64,000 bases of DNA from Eledone cirrhosa (taxonomy: Eukaryota): the NCBI GenBank assembly GCA_964016885.1, contig OZ024746.1, positions 48,360,001-48,424,000 on the forward strand, read 5' to 3'. Shown in pieces: positions 1 through 12,594 of this stretch. Each line of letters starts with the position of its first letter. The stretch's first letter is position 1. Position numbers and translations under genes: made by a program. Under the pieces are notes generated by a model, which was not told the origin of the DNA, ran no database searches, and saw only the letters and a list, made by a program, of their open reading frames with translations.

Positions 1-570
1 TGGAAGAGTAGTATTCGTCTATGTCAAATTGTATAAACTTAGATTTATTCTTATTCTTAACATTATTAAACCAGCGAATTGCTTCGCTAGTGTTGCCCCA
101 TAATTTAATTCCAATTTTCTTTTTCACTTGAGTTATTACTCTGTCAAGTATATGTTTACTAATTTTCCCTATGTCTGATTTAGAAGGGCATATAAGTCTA
201 ATCTTAGGGTTAGAGTCAAAATTTACCTTATGGTCCTTCAGGTTAAAGGTGGGGGTAGCGGGTATAATCGGCTCGGTTCTATCGTCTATCTTGAGATTCT
301 TTACCACTTTGTATGCATCGTTGTTAATATTTGCTAGCGTAGTTTCATTTGTTTTTCTATATTTTTTGTGTAGTTCGTTGCGTATGAAGTTATTATACGT
401 ATCGATATCCATGGTATACACGTTAGAAGTCTTGTCAGCTTTCACAACAATTCCATTGGTATTTTGCAATCTTCGGAGTAGTGCTTTCATGTTGTTCTGC
501 AGCTCATTATTTCTATGTCTGTTGAACTTAATGTTCATGGTAGTTTTCAATAAGTCCTGTTCGAAAACTT
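1..570 (-). mobile_element. Penelope-like element reverse transcriptase fragment (open frame runs off the left edge)
   Basis: Manual minus-strand translation gives FEQDLLKTTMNIKF...VVKADKTSNVY...FNLKDHKVNFDSNPKIRLICPSKSDIGKISKHILD...LWGNTSEAIRWF...KFIQFDIDEYYSS, with PLE RT motifs (KADK, KDHK, FDI..YY.S). Not listed in the ORF track. Confidence 0.8.
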
Positions 571-776
571 CGTTTCTGAATTTGTTTAGCAAGATTCTTT
601 ATCTGAAAAGGTGTGTTGAAACCGATATTGTTATACTTTGGGAGGGTCATGTTGCCACTAAGTAACACACACACCACTTGCTTTCACTTCAATTTATTAT
701 AAATTAAATTTATAGATTTAGGGATTTATAAATTTCCGGTTGGTTGGTTCCACAACCAGACGATTATTCATATATT

Positions 777-819
777 GTCAAAGTTCTTTCGTCACACATT
801 CTGTGACCTCATCAGTGAC
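777..819 (-). ncRNA. Minimal type I hammerhead ribozyme motif in pLTR
   Basis: Minus strand: GUCA CUGAUGA G GUCACA gaaug UGUGAC GAAA G aa C UU UGAC. Stem I 4 bp, stem II 6 bp, minimal stem III. Confidence 0.75.
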
Positions 820-1020
820 TGGGGGTTCTTTTCTTTGTTTTTGTGCCTCTCCTTTGTTCTGTCCTACGCCATCTTGTTTTTGTGTGTGTTGTGTGCTTAG
901 TTTGCGCATGTGTTACATCCGGGTGTCTGTGTGTGTTTATATTTGTTTATTTATTTGTTTATTTACATGTTACTGGTTGGTTGTTTGTTCTATGTGTGTG
1001 TGTGTGTTTTCATTTTGTCC

Positions 1021-1452
1021 CTAATTGTAAGTTGTGATGTTGCTATTCCACTCATGTTTTCTATTTAATTTTGGTTGGAGTTCATTTATGTTTATTGCCT
1101 CTGTGATTTGTCTAAACATTGCGTATTTTCTGTGTGTAGATTCTATTTTTATTTCTATGTTCTCTAATTTACCCTTATGTTCTATTTTAGCATGTTGGTG
1201 GAGTACAGATGATTCTTTACTATCTTGAAGCTCTCTCCAGTGTTCATTTATCTGTTCCCCTATACTACAAGCTGTCTCACCTATGTACACTATATTCTTA
1301 TCTCTACATTGTCCTTCAGTACATCTTATTCTATATACTACATTTCTAGTTTTACAGTTAATATGGGGGCTTAATTTACAGATTATACATTTCTTATCTA
1401 TACAGGGAGGTGTTTGAAAAGGGTATGTATTGCTATCATATTCTATTAACAT
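1021..1452 (-). CDS. PLE GIY-YIG endonuclease domain (truncated copy)
   Basis: CIIC...CKTRNVVYRIRCTEGQC...VYIGETACSIGEQINEH...RQITEAINI..PKLN: VVY/YIG motifs with conserved H, E and N residues. Confidence 0.8.
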   Translation of the reverse strand: MLIEYDSNTYPFQTPPCIDKKCIICKLSPHINCKTRNVVYRIRCTEGQCRDKNIVYIGETACSIGEQINEHWRELQDSKESSVLHQHAKIEHKGKLENIEIKIESTHRKYAMFRQITEAININELQPKLNRKHEWNSNITTYN

Positions 1453-1686
1453 TATTCCTAGTTCTTTCTATTCTATTCCAAAATGTTCTCCTATGCAAGG
1501 GGCAGGTCCCATTTGTATCAAACAACCAACCAGTAACATGTAAATAAACAAATAAATAAACAAATATAAACACACACAGACACCCGGATGTAACACATGC
1601 GCAAACTAAGCACACAACACACACAAAAACAAGATGGCGTAGGACAGAACAAAGGAGAGGCACAAAGACAAAGAAAAGAACCCCCA

Positions 1687-1729
1687 GTCACTGATGAAGT
1701 CACAAAATGTGTGACGAAAGAACTATGAC
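1687..1729 (+). ncRNA. Minimal type I hammerhead ribozyme motif in inverted pLTR
   Basis: GUCA CUGAUGA A GUCACA aaaug UGUGAC GAAA G aa C UA UGAC. Confidence 0.75.
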
Positions 1730-1804
1730 AATATATGAACAATCGTCTTATTGGCAACATCACCCTCCCAAAGTATAACAATATATATATGCAGAGGTTA
1801 TATT

Positions 1805-2229
1805 TAATTTGTTGGGATTCAACAAGCTTAAACATTTTTTATAACTGATATAAAGCACTCAACAGTTTAGTGGAGTAATTATAAAATATATTAACAAATG
1901 GAAACTATATTTATAAAACCATATTTATTTTATTATACATATTTCAAGGGCCACCAAGGCAAATTATGGTGCGCTTTCATTAGATAAAATACAATACAGA
2001 ATTATTTTTATAAATAAATATTGACAACCCTGAAAAAAGACAACCTTAACGGACTATCCAGGAAGCTCCAACCGTTAAGGTTGTCTTTTTTCAGGGTATG
2101 TCAATATTTATTTATAAAACTAATTCTGTATTGTATTTTATCTGATGAAAGCGTACCATAATTTGCCTTGGTGGCCCTTGAATTATGTATAATAAATAAA
2201 TATGGTTTTATGAAGATAGTTTCCATTTG

Positions 2230-2237
<8 letters not shown>
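1805..2237. repeat. Palindromic element (arms about 1886-2052 and 2072-2237) abutting (TA)n; same family as 4813-5220
   Basis: The arms are imperfect reverse complements. The extension 1805-1885 matches the reverse complement of about 5145-5220. Contains a CTGATGA...hairpin...GAA HHR-like segment near 2142. Confidence 0.8.
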
Positions 2238-2294
<57 letters not shown>

Positions 2295-2472
2295 GCAAAC
2301 ATCACGGGCGCTCTATCTCAAAATTATTTTTGAAAAGTATTAGAAATGCGCAACCGGTAAAAACTTAAAACCAAAACTGAATACTAACCAATACTTATTA
2401 CTAATTTTTACTTATTCCTAATTAAACTGTTTTTCACTGGGAACAATTTGTCACCATTTTCTTTTCCTTTTA

Positions 2473-2552
<80 letters not shown>

Positions 2553-2693
2553 CAGTATATATGCATAGGCTTATGTGCACGTTCACAAACATATTGACTC
2601 GCACATACACATTCATAACTGTAATCGCATGTGCAGGCACACTCTTACTGACATATTCTGAGGCACATACATTTACAGTCTCCCTGTCACACA

Positions 2694-2750
<57 letters not shown>

Positions 2751-2844
2751 TATATATGTTTGTTTTGTAAGGTCTTTGATATGAAATCGTGTGTTGAAAC
2801 AAATATTTGGGAAGAGTCATATTGTTATGATATTGCCAGAAATA

Positions 2845-3030
2845 ATAATTGTTTCTACTTTAGGCACAAGGCCAGCAATTACCCAGTGCATTACTGGTAC
2901 TTTATTTTATCGACCCCGTAAGGATGAAAGGCAAAGTCAACCTCGGCGGGATTTGAACTCAGATCGTAAAGGGACGTAACTATGCTGGAAAGCATGGCGT
3001 CCGACCCTCCACCGATACTGCCAATCCACA
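2845..3030 (-). mobile_element. SINE inserted into a family-A pLTR remnant, with a ~13-bp target-site duplication
   Basis: Core gtactttattttatcgaccccgtaaggatgaaaggcaaagtcaacctcggcgggatttgaactcaga recurs at 4.2-4.6, 60.1 and 62.5 kb. cagaaataataat flanks both sides. 2760-2830 is homologous to the reverse complement of 22086-22155. Confidence 0.8.
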
Positions 3031-4238
3031 GAAATAATAATAAAACAAAATCACTGTTTAGTTTACTAGTTCGTTAATTTCACAAGCAGGCTGTTCCACT
3101 GATCGAATCAGCTGGAACGTAACATTCGTCGTCGTAACCGATGGAGTCCCAGTACATTATACATATATTATGTATGTAATGAAACATATTTTCCCCACGG
3201 TAGGTTTCTTGGTCTGCCACGCACGACCACTAAATGACTCACATGACCTCAGAACCTCAAACTTATATAATGCTCTCTTGTAGGAGGCTTACGGTGCCAG
3301 ATTGTCCGAAAAGAGGACAGTTCTAAAGGCCATCTGTTTAATGTTTCTGGGCAACCTAATCCTTACATACACAAGAGATTTCGACCCTCAAAGATAATTT
3401 GCTTTTCGACTCTGCAAACAGACCGACAGCTACTTTAGTGACCCTCGCATTGCAGGCATACACACTCGCTAGCCACCCTTACTAGGATCGGCACTAGTTG
3501 AACGTGCTACCAACACAGGTTGGGAAATTTACTGCTTCGGAATTCTACTTTCACTCACTTAACACACTATAACTATACGTGCGTCCTTTCCTTTTCATTA
3601 CTGCACATGATTTCGAAGTAAATCATAATACAAAAAAAAAGCTTTAAAATTATTTGTGAATTCTTATCCATGTGATATGGGAAAATTACCTTCCTCACGA
3701 TAGTATCTCTCTACACCCCAACAAGAGAGTACAAATACTGGTTTCCTCGAACAAGGTAAAACTTCTCTCGACTCACTGAAACACACTTCACTTACTTGCT
3801 ATTATTCGACCAACAAGCTACTCGCTCTTCAACTTCGCACTTCATCACTACCACTGCAAATGAACAAACCCGCCAGGCAAACAATCCATTACCAAACTAA
3901 CATTTATCAAAGGTCTGCTAAATATATGTATTCGGTAAAATCTCAACGAGGAGCAAACCTGCAGACCAGTCGAAACGGAGAAGGCCCTCAGGTGATGTTT
4001 GACCCGATATTTATACCAACTATATACTTAAATATGCATCGCGTTATACTTTGCTTTAAGGTCTTCACAGTCGCAGCTCATTGGAGATTTCTTGAGAGTT
4101 TTGAGAATAGGGACCCAAGTCCTATCATGAAAAGAAGTGCAAAATGAAGTGTTAGAACACGCGTTGTTTGGTCCAGGAATTGAACCCCTCGAAGCTGTCG
4201 ACACTTAATTCCATTTAAGAATTCTATAAGCCCTGTCA

Positions 4239-4628
4239 CTAATAATTGTTTCTACTATTGGCACAAGGCCAGCAATTATCCAATGCATTACTGGTACTTT
4301 ATTTTATCGACCCTGTAGATGAAAGGCAACGTTAACCTCGGCGGGATTTGAACTCAGAATGGCAAGGGACGTAACTCTATGCGTCAAAGCATGGCGTCCG
4401 ACCCTCTACCGATACTGCCAATCTACCGCCCTGCCACTAATAATTGTTTCTACTTTTGGCACAAGGCCAGCAATTACCCAGTACATTACAGGTACTTTAT
4501 TTTATCGACCCCGTAAGGATGAAAAGCAAAGTCAACCTCGGCGGAGTTTGAACTCAGAATGGCAAGGGCCGTAACTCTATGCACCAAAGCATGGCGTCCG
4601 ACCCTCTACCGATACTGCCACTAATAAT
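4239..4628 (-). mobile_element. Two tandem copies of the same SINE
   Basis: Two ~195-bp copies separated and flanked by cactaataat. Confidence 0.8.
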
Positions 4629-4730
4629 GTATTCTAGATATGCGGATTTCGATTCCTAGCAAGCGCTTCTGTCCACTTTTTTCTTTTTCCAAATGTTTTA
4701 TTTTACCTGATTATCTTAGCTGTCGAATAT

Positions 4731-4812
<82 letters not shown>

Positions 4813-4816
<4 letters not shown>

Positions 4817-5220
4817 GATATTAACAAATGGAAACTATATTTATAAAACCATATTTATTTCATTATACATATTTCAAGGACACCAAGTTAAATTATGGTG
4901 TGCTTTCATCAGATAAAATATAATATAGACCAGTTTTATAGATAAATATTGACATACCCTTAAAGGAGCTTCCAACAGTAATGGTTGAATTCTTTAAAGG
5001 TATGTCAATATTTATCTATAAAACTGCTCTATATTATATTTTATCTGATGAAAGCACACCATAATTTAACTTGGTGTCCTTGAAATATGTATAATGAAAT
5101 AAATATGGTTTTATAAATATAGTTTCCATTTGTTAATATCGTATTTTTACTCCAATTAATTGTTGAGTGCTTTATATCAGTTATAAAAATATTTGCTTGT
5201 TGCATCCCAACAATTTAAAT
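4813..5220. repeat. Palindromic element (near-perfect ~150-bp arms, 4813-5144) next to (TA)n, with HHR-like motif at 5041-5094
   Basis: The arms are reverse complements. Motif reads CTGATGA aagcacacca-loop-tggtgtcctt GAAA tatg TA; stem I is weak. Confidence 0.8.
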
Positions 5221-5765
5221 AGAACTTTTACATATATCATAATCTATAAAGCTCAGTGTGTGGTCATGCTCCTTTCTTATAGAAATCTACGATATAGAAT
5301 TTCTTCAATTGAAACTTACAAATCAGTATTCGAAATAGTTTCGATTGCGTCTTGGCACATCTCATTTTTTCAATTTCACCCACAATTACGCAAAAAATAG
5401 ATAAAACTCAATATTTTACGATTTTTCTCTGTCATTTAAACTGCTAAACTCTTTCCACTACCATTCAAAATCTATACAACTTCATACTTTCTGCTACTTT
5501 ATCTTTCCAAGCTTGATGTTGATACTGTCCGTTTTACTCTGTCATATCATCTGCTTTTCTCTATCTACAACCCACACTTTCTCTTTTATACTTCAAATTA
5601 TTACATTTCATACGAAACGACAATTATTCAAAAGCAACAGATACATTTATTCAACAACAAGCGATAAATCTTTTTTAAAACCTCTTTTCCAAACGCATAC
5701 GAACACACACTCACTTCAACAACAACAACAACAATCTGCCTTTTATAGATAATGATAAACAATAA

Positions 5766-6130
5766 TATCCTCTATGAGGTCACTAAACCTGCTAGAAACA
5801 GCAGCTAACTCCCCCCCATACCACACCCCTCCCTACTGTCTTAAATTTAGAAAACATATCTTCTATGAGGTCACTAAGCCTGCTAGAAACAGCAGCTAAC
5901 TCTCCCCCATATCACACCCATCCCTACTGTCTTAAATTTAGAAAACATATCTTCTATGAGGTCACTAAACCTGCTAGAAACAGCAGCTAACTCTCCTCCA
6001 TATCACACCACTCCCTACTGTCTTAAATTTAGAAAACACATATCCTCTATGAGGTCACTAAACCTGTTAGAAACAACAGCTAACTCTCCCTCATATCACA
6101 ACCCTCCCTCTTGTCTTAAATTTAGAAAAC
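5766..6130 (+). repeat. Tandem repeat, 4 x ~92 bp (probably an amplified SINE/LINE tail)
   Basis: atgaggtcactaa recurs at about 5774, 5865, 5956 and 6049. Confidence 0.85.
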
Positions 6131-6389
6131 ACACAGACAACCATGCAGAACAACTCCATCGCAGCTCTGTTGTTCGGCTGGCATCGTCTACGCGCGTGTT
6201 GCGCAAGTACTGTGAAACAATAAATTTCAACACTTTTTTGCACAGAGATAATATCCATAGGCGAAACTACAATTGTCACTGCTGGCGCAGCTCCTGCTTC
6301 CAGGTCTGCAATTCATTCACCCAGTGCCTGGCAGACAAAAAAGTGCTGCCATAAAATGGGTGGTGCAACCTAACTTTGGTAACTTAATG

Positions 6390-6419
6390 ACCCCGAGCAA
6401 CGCCGGGCTTTAATGCTAG
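6390..6419 (+). mobile_element. Helitron-type 3' terminus (hairpin + CTAG followed by T)
   Basis: cccg-agcaacgc-cggg hairpin about 8 nt upstream of CTAG|T. 5' end not defined. Confidence 0.55.
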
Positions 6420-6427
6420 TATATATA

Positions 6428-6557
6428 TATAAGGAAAACAGATGAAATCGAAAATGCAACTGGAGTCTTTTTAAGAATATTTATTTGGTTCCTTTACCAA
6501 ATAAATATTCTTAAAAAGACTTCAGTTGCATTTTCGATTTCATCTTTTTTCCTTATA
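6428..6557. repeat. ~130-bp near-perfect palindrome next to (TA)n
   Basis: ...ttaagaatatttatttggt tccttt accaaataaatattcttaa... Confidence 0.85.
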
Positions 6558-6670
6558 CTTTCACTCGTGTAGGGCGTCTTTTTTTTCATTTTGTAAAAAA
6601 AAAACTTCATTTTCTAATATATATCTATATATTTGCGATGGGACGCTTACATTTTCACGCACGCACGCAC

Positions 6671-6727
<57 letters not shown>

Positions 6728-6728
<1 letters not shown>

Positions 6729-7505
6729 CGTATATACTTGTGCAAAATTTGAATTTTTGGGGCCATTTTATAAGGATAAATTTATGGGATCGACTGTTAC
6801 ATGGATTCTACTTGGGGGGTGGGGGGGGGGGGGCTTGAAATAGAAGCTAAAATCCAAAGTACCATTATTAGAATCTGAAGTCCAACTCATTTCTAAGCGA
6901 ATAAAAAAAAAATACAATGAATTACAGTAATATTACCGATTCTATGCACCAAGACACACGTCCTAATAAATAACAAAATCCGTAAGCTAGGCTGCGGAGC
7001 TCTTATAGATATTTACAGTTATTCTTTCACTCGTATTCATCAAACTTAACAGACTAGATAGTGCAATCAATTTATATCCCATAATTACTATATATTACCA
7101 TGGGTAATATATCTACCGGTATGCCACTACATACCACAATACTGCGTACATGGCTGATAACAATCACATTATTTTCATATTCGTGGTTACGATCATTACA
7201 GGTGTGTTATGGTAAAGTATGTTAGTGCTGCATTTTTATTTATAGTTAATTCAGTGCAATTTAACATAAATTGATAAAAGAGGTAGAAACACAACTCCAC
7301 TCTCCATCACTAACAATGGTGACGATTTTGTGACCGTGTTATTTCTATGTGCAGGATGATACCTTGACCAACAAATGTTGACATGTTATCTGTGAAATAC
7401 AAGGATCGACTTTTATACAAGGTCTATGGAAAATTACAGATTTTTTAAACCAAAAATAGGGGGTGGACTTTTACATGAGATCGACTATTCCTCGAGTATA
7501 TACAG
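6728..7505. mobile_element. Non-autonomous Tc1/mariner-pogo-like element (MITE) with TA target duplication
   Basis: Ends are TA|ccgtatatact and agtatatacag|TA. Subterminal gatcgact repeats occur near both ends. Confidence 0.55.
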
Positions 7506-8069
7506 TATATATGTGTATATGTGTGTTTAGTGGTGGTACGAGAGAGTTGGTTAGTCTGTCAGTTAATTTTTTGTGGTATAGTAGATGAAGTTGCGATATG
7601 AATGGTTTATTGACTTGTCCATGGCAAGTGAGGGAAGAGTGTCTCAGTGAGTCGAGAGAATTGTTACTGTGAAGTCTTGCTATGGGCAACGAAACCAATA
7701 GTTGTTGGATATTCCCCAATCACAACGGTAACAAATAAACAAAACACCGATAGCTTTCAGGTTTTTATTGGTTGTATGATTTACTTCGAAATTATGTAGG
7801 AACATCGGGAAAAAGGTACACTTATAATTGTAGTGTGTTGATTGTGTGTGAATGTAGAATCTCAAAGTAGTGAATTTATTAACTCGTATGTTGACGTTGG
7901 TAGTCAGCCCTGCAGTCGCTGAGCCAGCAGAGCTGACTAGCGAGTCTTTACGTTTGTCTGTTCGGATAGGGGATGGTCCTGTTTGATGAAGAGGACTAAG
8001 GCATTCGCCCCCACCGTTCCCGATGAATCAGCCTTTTATATATATACTAGCTTCCAAGATCCATATTCT

Positions 8070-8527
8070 GTTACACTATCTCCCCATTGTAATAGGATGA
8101 CATCCTAGCTCCAGTGCCATAGTGCGGAACACTAGCTCGGAAGTGCCGTATTTTCTACTCTATCTCCTCATTGCGATATCCTAGTGCCATATTTCCATAA
8201 TATGTCACCTTAGCCCCCCAATTTCATAGTGTCCACCCTAATTCCGCAGTGCCATAGTGCGGAACACTAGCTCCGAAGTGCCGTATTTTCCACTCTATCT
8301 CCCCATTGCGATATCCTAGTTCCATATTTCCATAATGCGCCACCCTAGCCCCCCAATTTCATAGTGTGCCACCCTAGCTCCGCAGTGCCATAGTGCGGCA
8401 CCCTAGCTTCAAAGTGCTATATTTTGCTACACTATCTCCCCATTGCAATAGAGTGTCACTCTAGCTCCATATTTCCATGGTGTGTAACTGTAGCGCCCAG
8501 ATTCCAGTCTGCACCCTAGCTCCGCAG
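8070..8527 (+). repeat. Degenerate tandem repeat (~135-bp period with internal sub-repeats)
   Basis: Recurring ctatctccccattg, ccctagctcc and agtgccatagtgcgg blocks. Confidence 0.75.
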
Positions 8528-8898
8528 AATTCCTCTAATTTTTTTGCTGGGTCGGGGAGATGGATTCTGTTGTTCTTGTTTAGCGCAAGTCAACCCTGCT
8601 TGAGCAGACATATGATCAATGATAAACACTCCACCATGACAATCTCATCTTATTTTCAGTAACAGTATATGGTGGTTATTTGGCAGAGTCGTTATGGTAT
8701 TTATTCCGGTTCACATCGCTCAAAAGTTGAAATTCTCACCGAGGTCAAATTCGCGGTTGATAGTTCTAGTTTAGTGCTGCAGTCGTTGTTTCCTCTATAT
8801 CTTTTTCTTACTCCTTTCTCGCCGATCGCCGACTCTCTCTCTCTCTCTCTGTCTCTCTCTGCTCCCCTCTCTGCCCCCCCCCCCTCTCTCTCTCTCTC

Positions 8899-8948
<50 letters not shown>

Positions 8949-9454
8949 CCTCTCTCTAACTCTCTCTGTTTCGCTATAAGATATCGGTTGTTTTCCAACT
9001 TGGAGATGATGGGCTCCACCAGGTTTAAATGCCCCAGAAATGTCATATATAAAGATGGTGACCCCTACAAATTCATTTGCGTCTGTCTGTCTATGCATTT
9101 TATTGCTTAATCAGGAAGGACAGTAATGCCCTTTTCAAAACCTCCGAGATAGGTGAGAAAAAGAGAGGGGGGCCGGAAGGTGTCCTTAACCCAGAAGGAG
9201 AGCTGACCTGAATTCTTGTAAGGGCAAGGCCAGCAGGTAGTGAGGGTGTTAAACCGGGTGACGACCGATTAAGTTTACTCTGCAGGTGTAATTAATGGTA
9301 GAACAAAGTATACTATGATTAAAGTAATTTTTTTCTTAAGATTAAATTTATAAAAAAGAAAGAGGGAAAAAAGAATAATGAAAAAAACGGGGAGAAGAAG
9401 GGAGGGGCAAACTCTACACCCCTGGGTAGGCGGTATATCTCAGCAATGTTCTTC

Positions 9455-9680
9455 GGAAAAGATGACGAAAGCATTGCGGTGGAGGACAGCAGCGGCACTC
9501 GCTGCATCAGCCATTCAACTTCATGGACCTCTTTTCTCAGGCGATTTTGTCCTCCCGATTTTGCGCAGGAAAGGGGAGGTTTCGACATCAACTGGCATGA
9601 AAAGGAAACAATCGGTTATATCCTGGTATTTGGTGATCCTCTTCTTCTCTGCAATACGGGTGGCAATATCCGGGCAATAG
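9455..9680 (-). pseudogene. Decayed restriction-like endonuclease C-terminus of a CRE/R2-group non-LTR retrotransposon
   Basis: Frameshifted pieces PDIATRIAEKKRITKYQDITDCFLFMPVDVET..FLRKIG / EVEWLMQRV / AAVLHRNAFVI resemble the AE..K..KY...F.P.AVET...LQR...GNA pattern. Confidence 0.6.
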
Positions 9681-9821
9681 AAAGAACCACAAAGCCTATT
9701 TCCTTTGTTTGTGTGATTGTTATTCATTTTATTAATTCCGGATAAACTATTGAAAATTAGAACAATTTTAGCATTGTGGTGGAGGTGATGGCTTTTTTTT
9801 GTAAGATGGTATGGATTATAA

Positions 9822-11600
9822 TAGTAGTAGTGGTGGCTGGCTTTTAGAAGTGGTATTAGCCGTGGTGGTGAGTGTAATGGTAGTGGTGGTGATTGTAGTA
9901 GTGGAGGTGGTGGTTGGCTGTTAGAAGTGGTATTAGCCGTGGTGGTGAGTGTAATGGTAGTGGTGGTGATTGTAGTAGTAGTAGTAGTGGTGCCTGGCTG
10001 TTAGAAGTGGTATTAGCCGTGGTGGTGAGTGTAATGGTGGTGGTGGTGATTGTAGTAGTGGAGGTGGTGATTGTAGTAGTGGTGGTGGTGGTGGCTGGCT
10101 GTTAGAAGTGGTATTAGCCGTGGTGGTGAGTGTAATGGTAGTGGTGGTGATTGTAGTAGTAGTAGTAGTGGTAGCTGGCTGTTAGAAGTGGTATTAGCCG
10201 TGGTGGTGAGTGTAATGGTAGTGGTGGTGATTGTAGTAGTGGAGGTGGCTGGCTGTTAGAAGTGGTATTAGCCGTGGTGGTGAGTGTAATGGTGGTGGTG
10301 GTGATTGTAGTAGTAGTAGTGGTGGTGGCTGGCTGTTAGAAGTGGTATTAGCCGTGGTGGTGAGTGTAATGGTGGTGGTGGTGATTGTAGTAGTAGTAGT
10401 AGTGGTGGCTGGCTGTTAGAAGTGGTATTAGCCGTGGTGGTGAGTGTAATGGTAGTGGTGGTGATTGTAGTAGTGGAGGTGGCTGGCTGTTAGAAGTGGT
10501 ATTAGCCGTGGTGGTGAGTGTAATGGTAGTGGTGGTGATTGTAGTAGTAGTAGTAGTGGTGGCTGGCTGTTAGAAGTGGTATTAGCCGTGGTGGTGAGTG
10601 TAATGGTAGTGGTGGTGATTGTAGTAGTGGAGGTGGCTGGCTGTTAGAAGTGGTATTAGCCGTGGTGGTGAGTGTAATGGTAGTGGTGGTGATTGTAGTA
10701 GTAGTAGTAGTGGTGGCTGGCTGTTAGAAGTGGTATTAGCCGTGGTGGTGAGTGTAATGGTAGTGGTGGTGATTGTAGTAGTGGAGGTGGCTGGCTGTTA
10801 GAAGTGGTATTAGCCGTGGTGGTGAGTGTAATGGTGGTGGTGGTGATTGTAGTAGTAGTAGTGGTGGTGGCTGGCTGTTAGAAGTGGTATTAGCCGTGGT
10901 GGTGAGTGTAATGGTGGTGGTGGTGATTGTAGTAGTAGTAGTGGTGGCTGGCTGTTAGAAGTGGTATTGGTTGTGGTGGTGAGTGTAATGGTGGTGGTGG
11001 TGATTGTAGTAGTAGTAGTAGTGGTGGTTGGCTGTTAGAAGTGGTATTAGCCGTGGTGGTGAGTGTAATGGTGGTGGTGGTGATTGTAGTAGTAGTAGTA
11101 GTGGTGGCTGGCTGTTAGAAGTGGTATTAGCCGTGGTGGTGAGTGTAATGGTGGTGGTGGTGATTGTAGTAGTAGTAGTAGTGGTGGCTGGCTGTTAGAA
11201 GTGGTATTAGCCGTGGTGGTGAGTGTAATGGTGGTGGTGGTGATTGTAGTAGTAGTAGTAGTGGTGGCTGGCTGTTAGAAGTGGTATTGGTTGTGGTGGT
11301 GAGTGTAATGGTAGTGGTGGCTAGTTGTTGGAGGTGGTGTTGGCGGTGGTGAGTGTAATGGTGGTGGCTGGTTGTTGGAGGTGGTGTTGGCAGTGGTGTT
11401 GGCGGTGGGGGTAGTCTGGTGGCTGGTTGTTGGAGATGGTGTTGGCAGTGGTGGCTGTGAGAAGTGGTATTGGCCGTGGTGATGAGTGTAATGGTAGTGG
11501 TGGCTACTTGTTGGAGGTGGTGTTGCGGTGGTGTTGGAAATGGTGGCAGTTGTAATAACTGTTAGTTGGTGACAGTTGTGTTAATGGTGGCAGTTGTGGT
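9822..11600 (+). repeat. G/T-rich minisatellite (~70-80-bp unit, about 20 copies, degenerating at the right end)
   Basis: Unit ggctggctgttagaagtggtattagccgtggtggtgagtgtaatggt(a/g)gtggtggtgattgtagt(agt)n. Confidence 0.95.
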
Positions 11601-12054
11601 GGCTGATATGGAAAAACTGAATGAAATATATAAGATATATAAATACACACAATTCAGGCGAAATATTCCGCTTATAGATATTTTATTCCTATTTATTCAT
11701 TCATTCATTCATTCATTCATTCATTCATTCATTCATCTTTTCTTTCTTTCTTTCCATCTTTATTTCTTTCTTCATCTCTTTATTTATTTATTCTTTGTTT
11801 TTGTGGTTTTCTTTCTCTCTGTCTTTCAAGTGAATCCTTCCTCTCCGTTCGTTTTTCGCTGTCTTCTCTCTCTCCATGTTTGCTTCTGTCCTTTTGTGTC
11901 ACTCTCTTTATCACTCTCACTCACACACTCTTCTTTCTCTACCCCCCCCCCCTCTGTCTGCATGGGTGTGTCTATGTGTGTGTATGTGTGTTTCACAGGC
12001 ATTCACGCATGCACAAGCACACATATACACACACATACAGATACACACACACAC

Positions 12055-12097
<43 letters not shown>

Positions 12098-12304
12098 TGC
12101 ATGAATGACTGAATATTTCAATGATGGAAGAGATGAAGGGAAGAAACTGAAGTAATCGAACCGAATATAATATTTCAAGTGACAAACCTGGTAGACGTCT
12201 TTCGTGCACTTTTGGATCTATGTATCTACTGGCTAATATGTGTATGGTGCTTACCTACCCATATACATAATGTGTGTATGATTATATGTATGTATAGCTA
12301 TGCA

Positions 12305-12450
12305 TAGGCGGCGAATAGGCAGAGTCGTTAGAACGTTGGATAGAATGCTTTATGGTATTTGTTGCGGCTCTCTGCTGTCTGAGTTCCTGCCGTGTTCAAC
12401 TTTGCCTTTCATCCTTTCGAGAAAAAAGTACCAGTCTAGTATTGGGGTCG
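12305..12450 (+). mobile_element. Diverged SINE of the same family as 2845-3030 (sense orientation)
   Basis: ggcggcgaataggcagagtcgttag...ctgagttc...actttgcctttcatcctttcg...agtaccagt. Confidence 0.65.
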
Positions 12451-12594
12451 ATTCTTCCTCTACATCTCTTTCTCATTTCCTCTTTCTCACTTTCTATCTT
12501 TCTCTGGAAGAAATCTGCTGACTGAGAATTATGTTAAGATTAAAAAATGTCTGCCGAATACTCCAGCACTTACACTGTAATACAATGAGTGGAT

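Larger units (their letters stand above)
575..1782 (-). mobile_element. 5'-truncated PLE (family A): GIY-YIG end, 3' pseudo-LTR and an inverted pLTR copy at the truncation point
   Basis: About 757-985 is the reverse complement of about 1519-1748. The tail at 575-650 is homologous to 22086-22170, and the GIY-YIG ORF is closely similar to ORF 21036-21590. Confidence 0.85.

Noticed and set aside
171-665. 164-aa hydrophobic + strand ORF
   Set aside because: Antisense shadow of the PLE RT frame on the minus strand.
9319-9745. Overlapping ORFs suggesting a host exon
   Set aside because: Better explained as a frameshifted retrotransposon endonuclease remnant; no coherent splice or frame structure.
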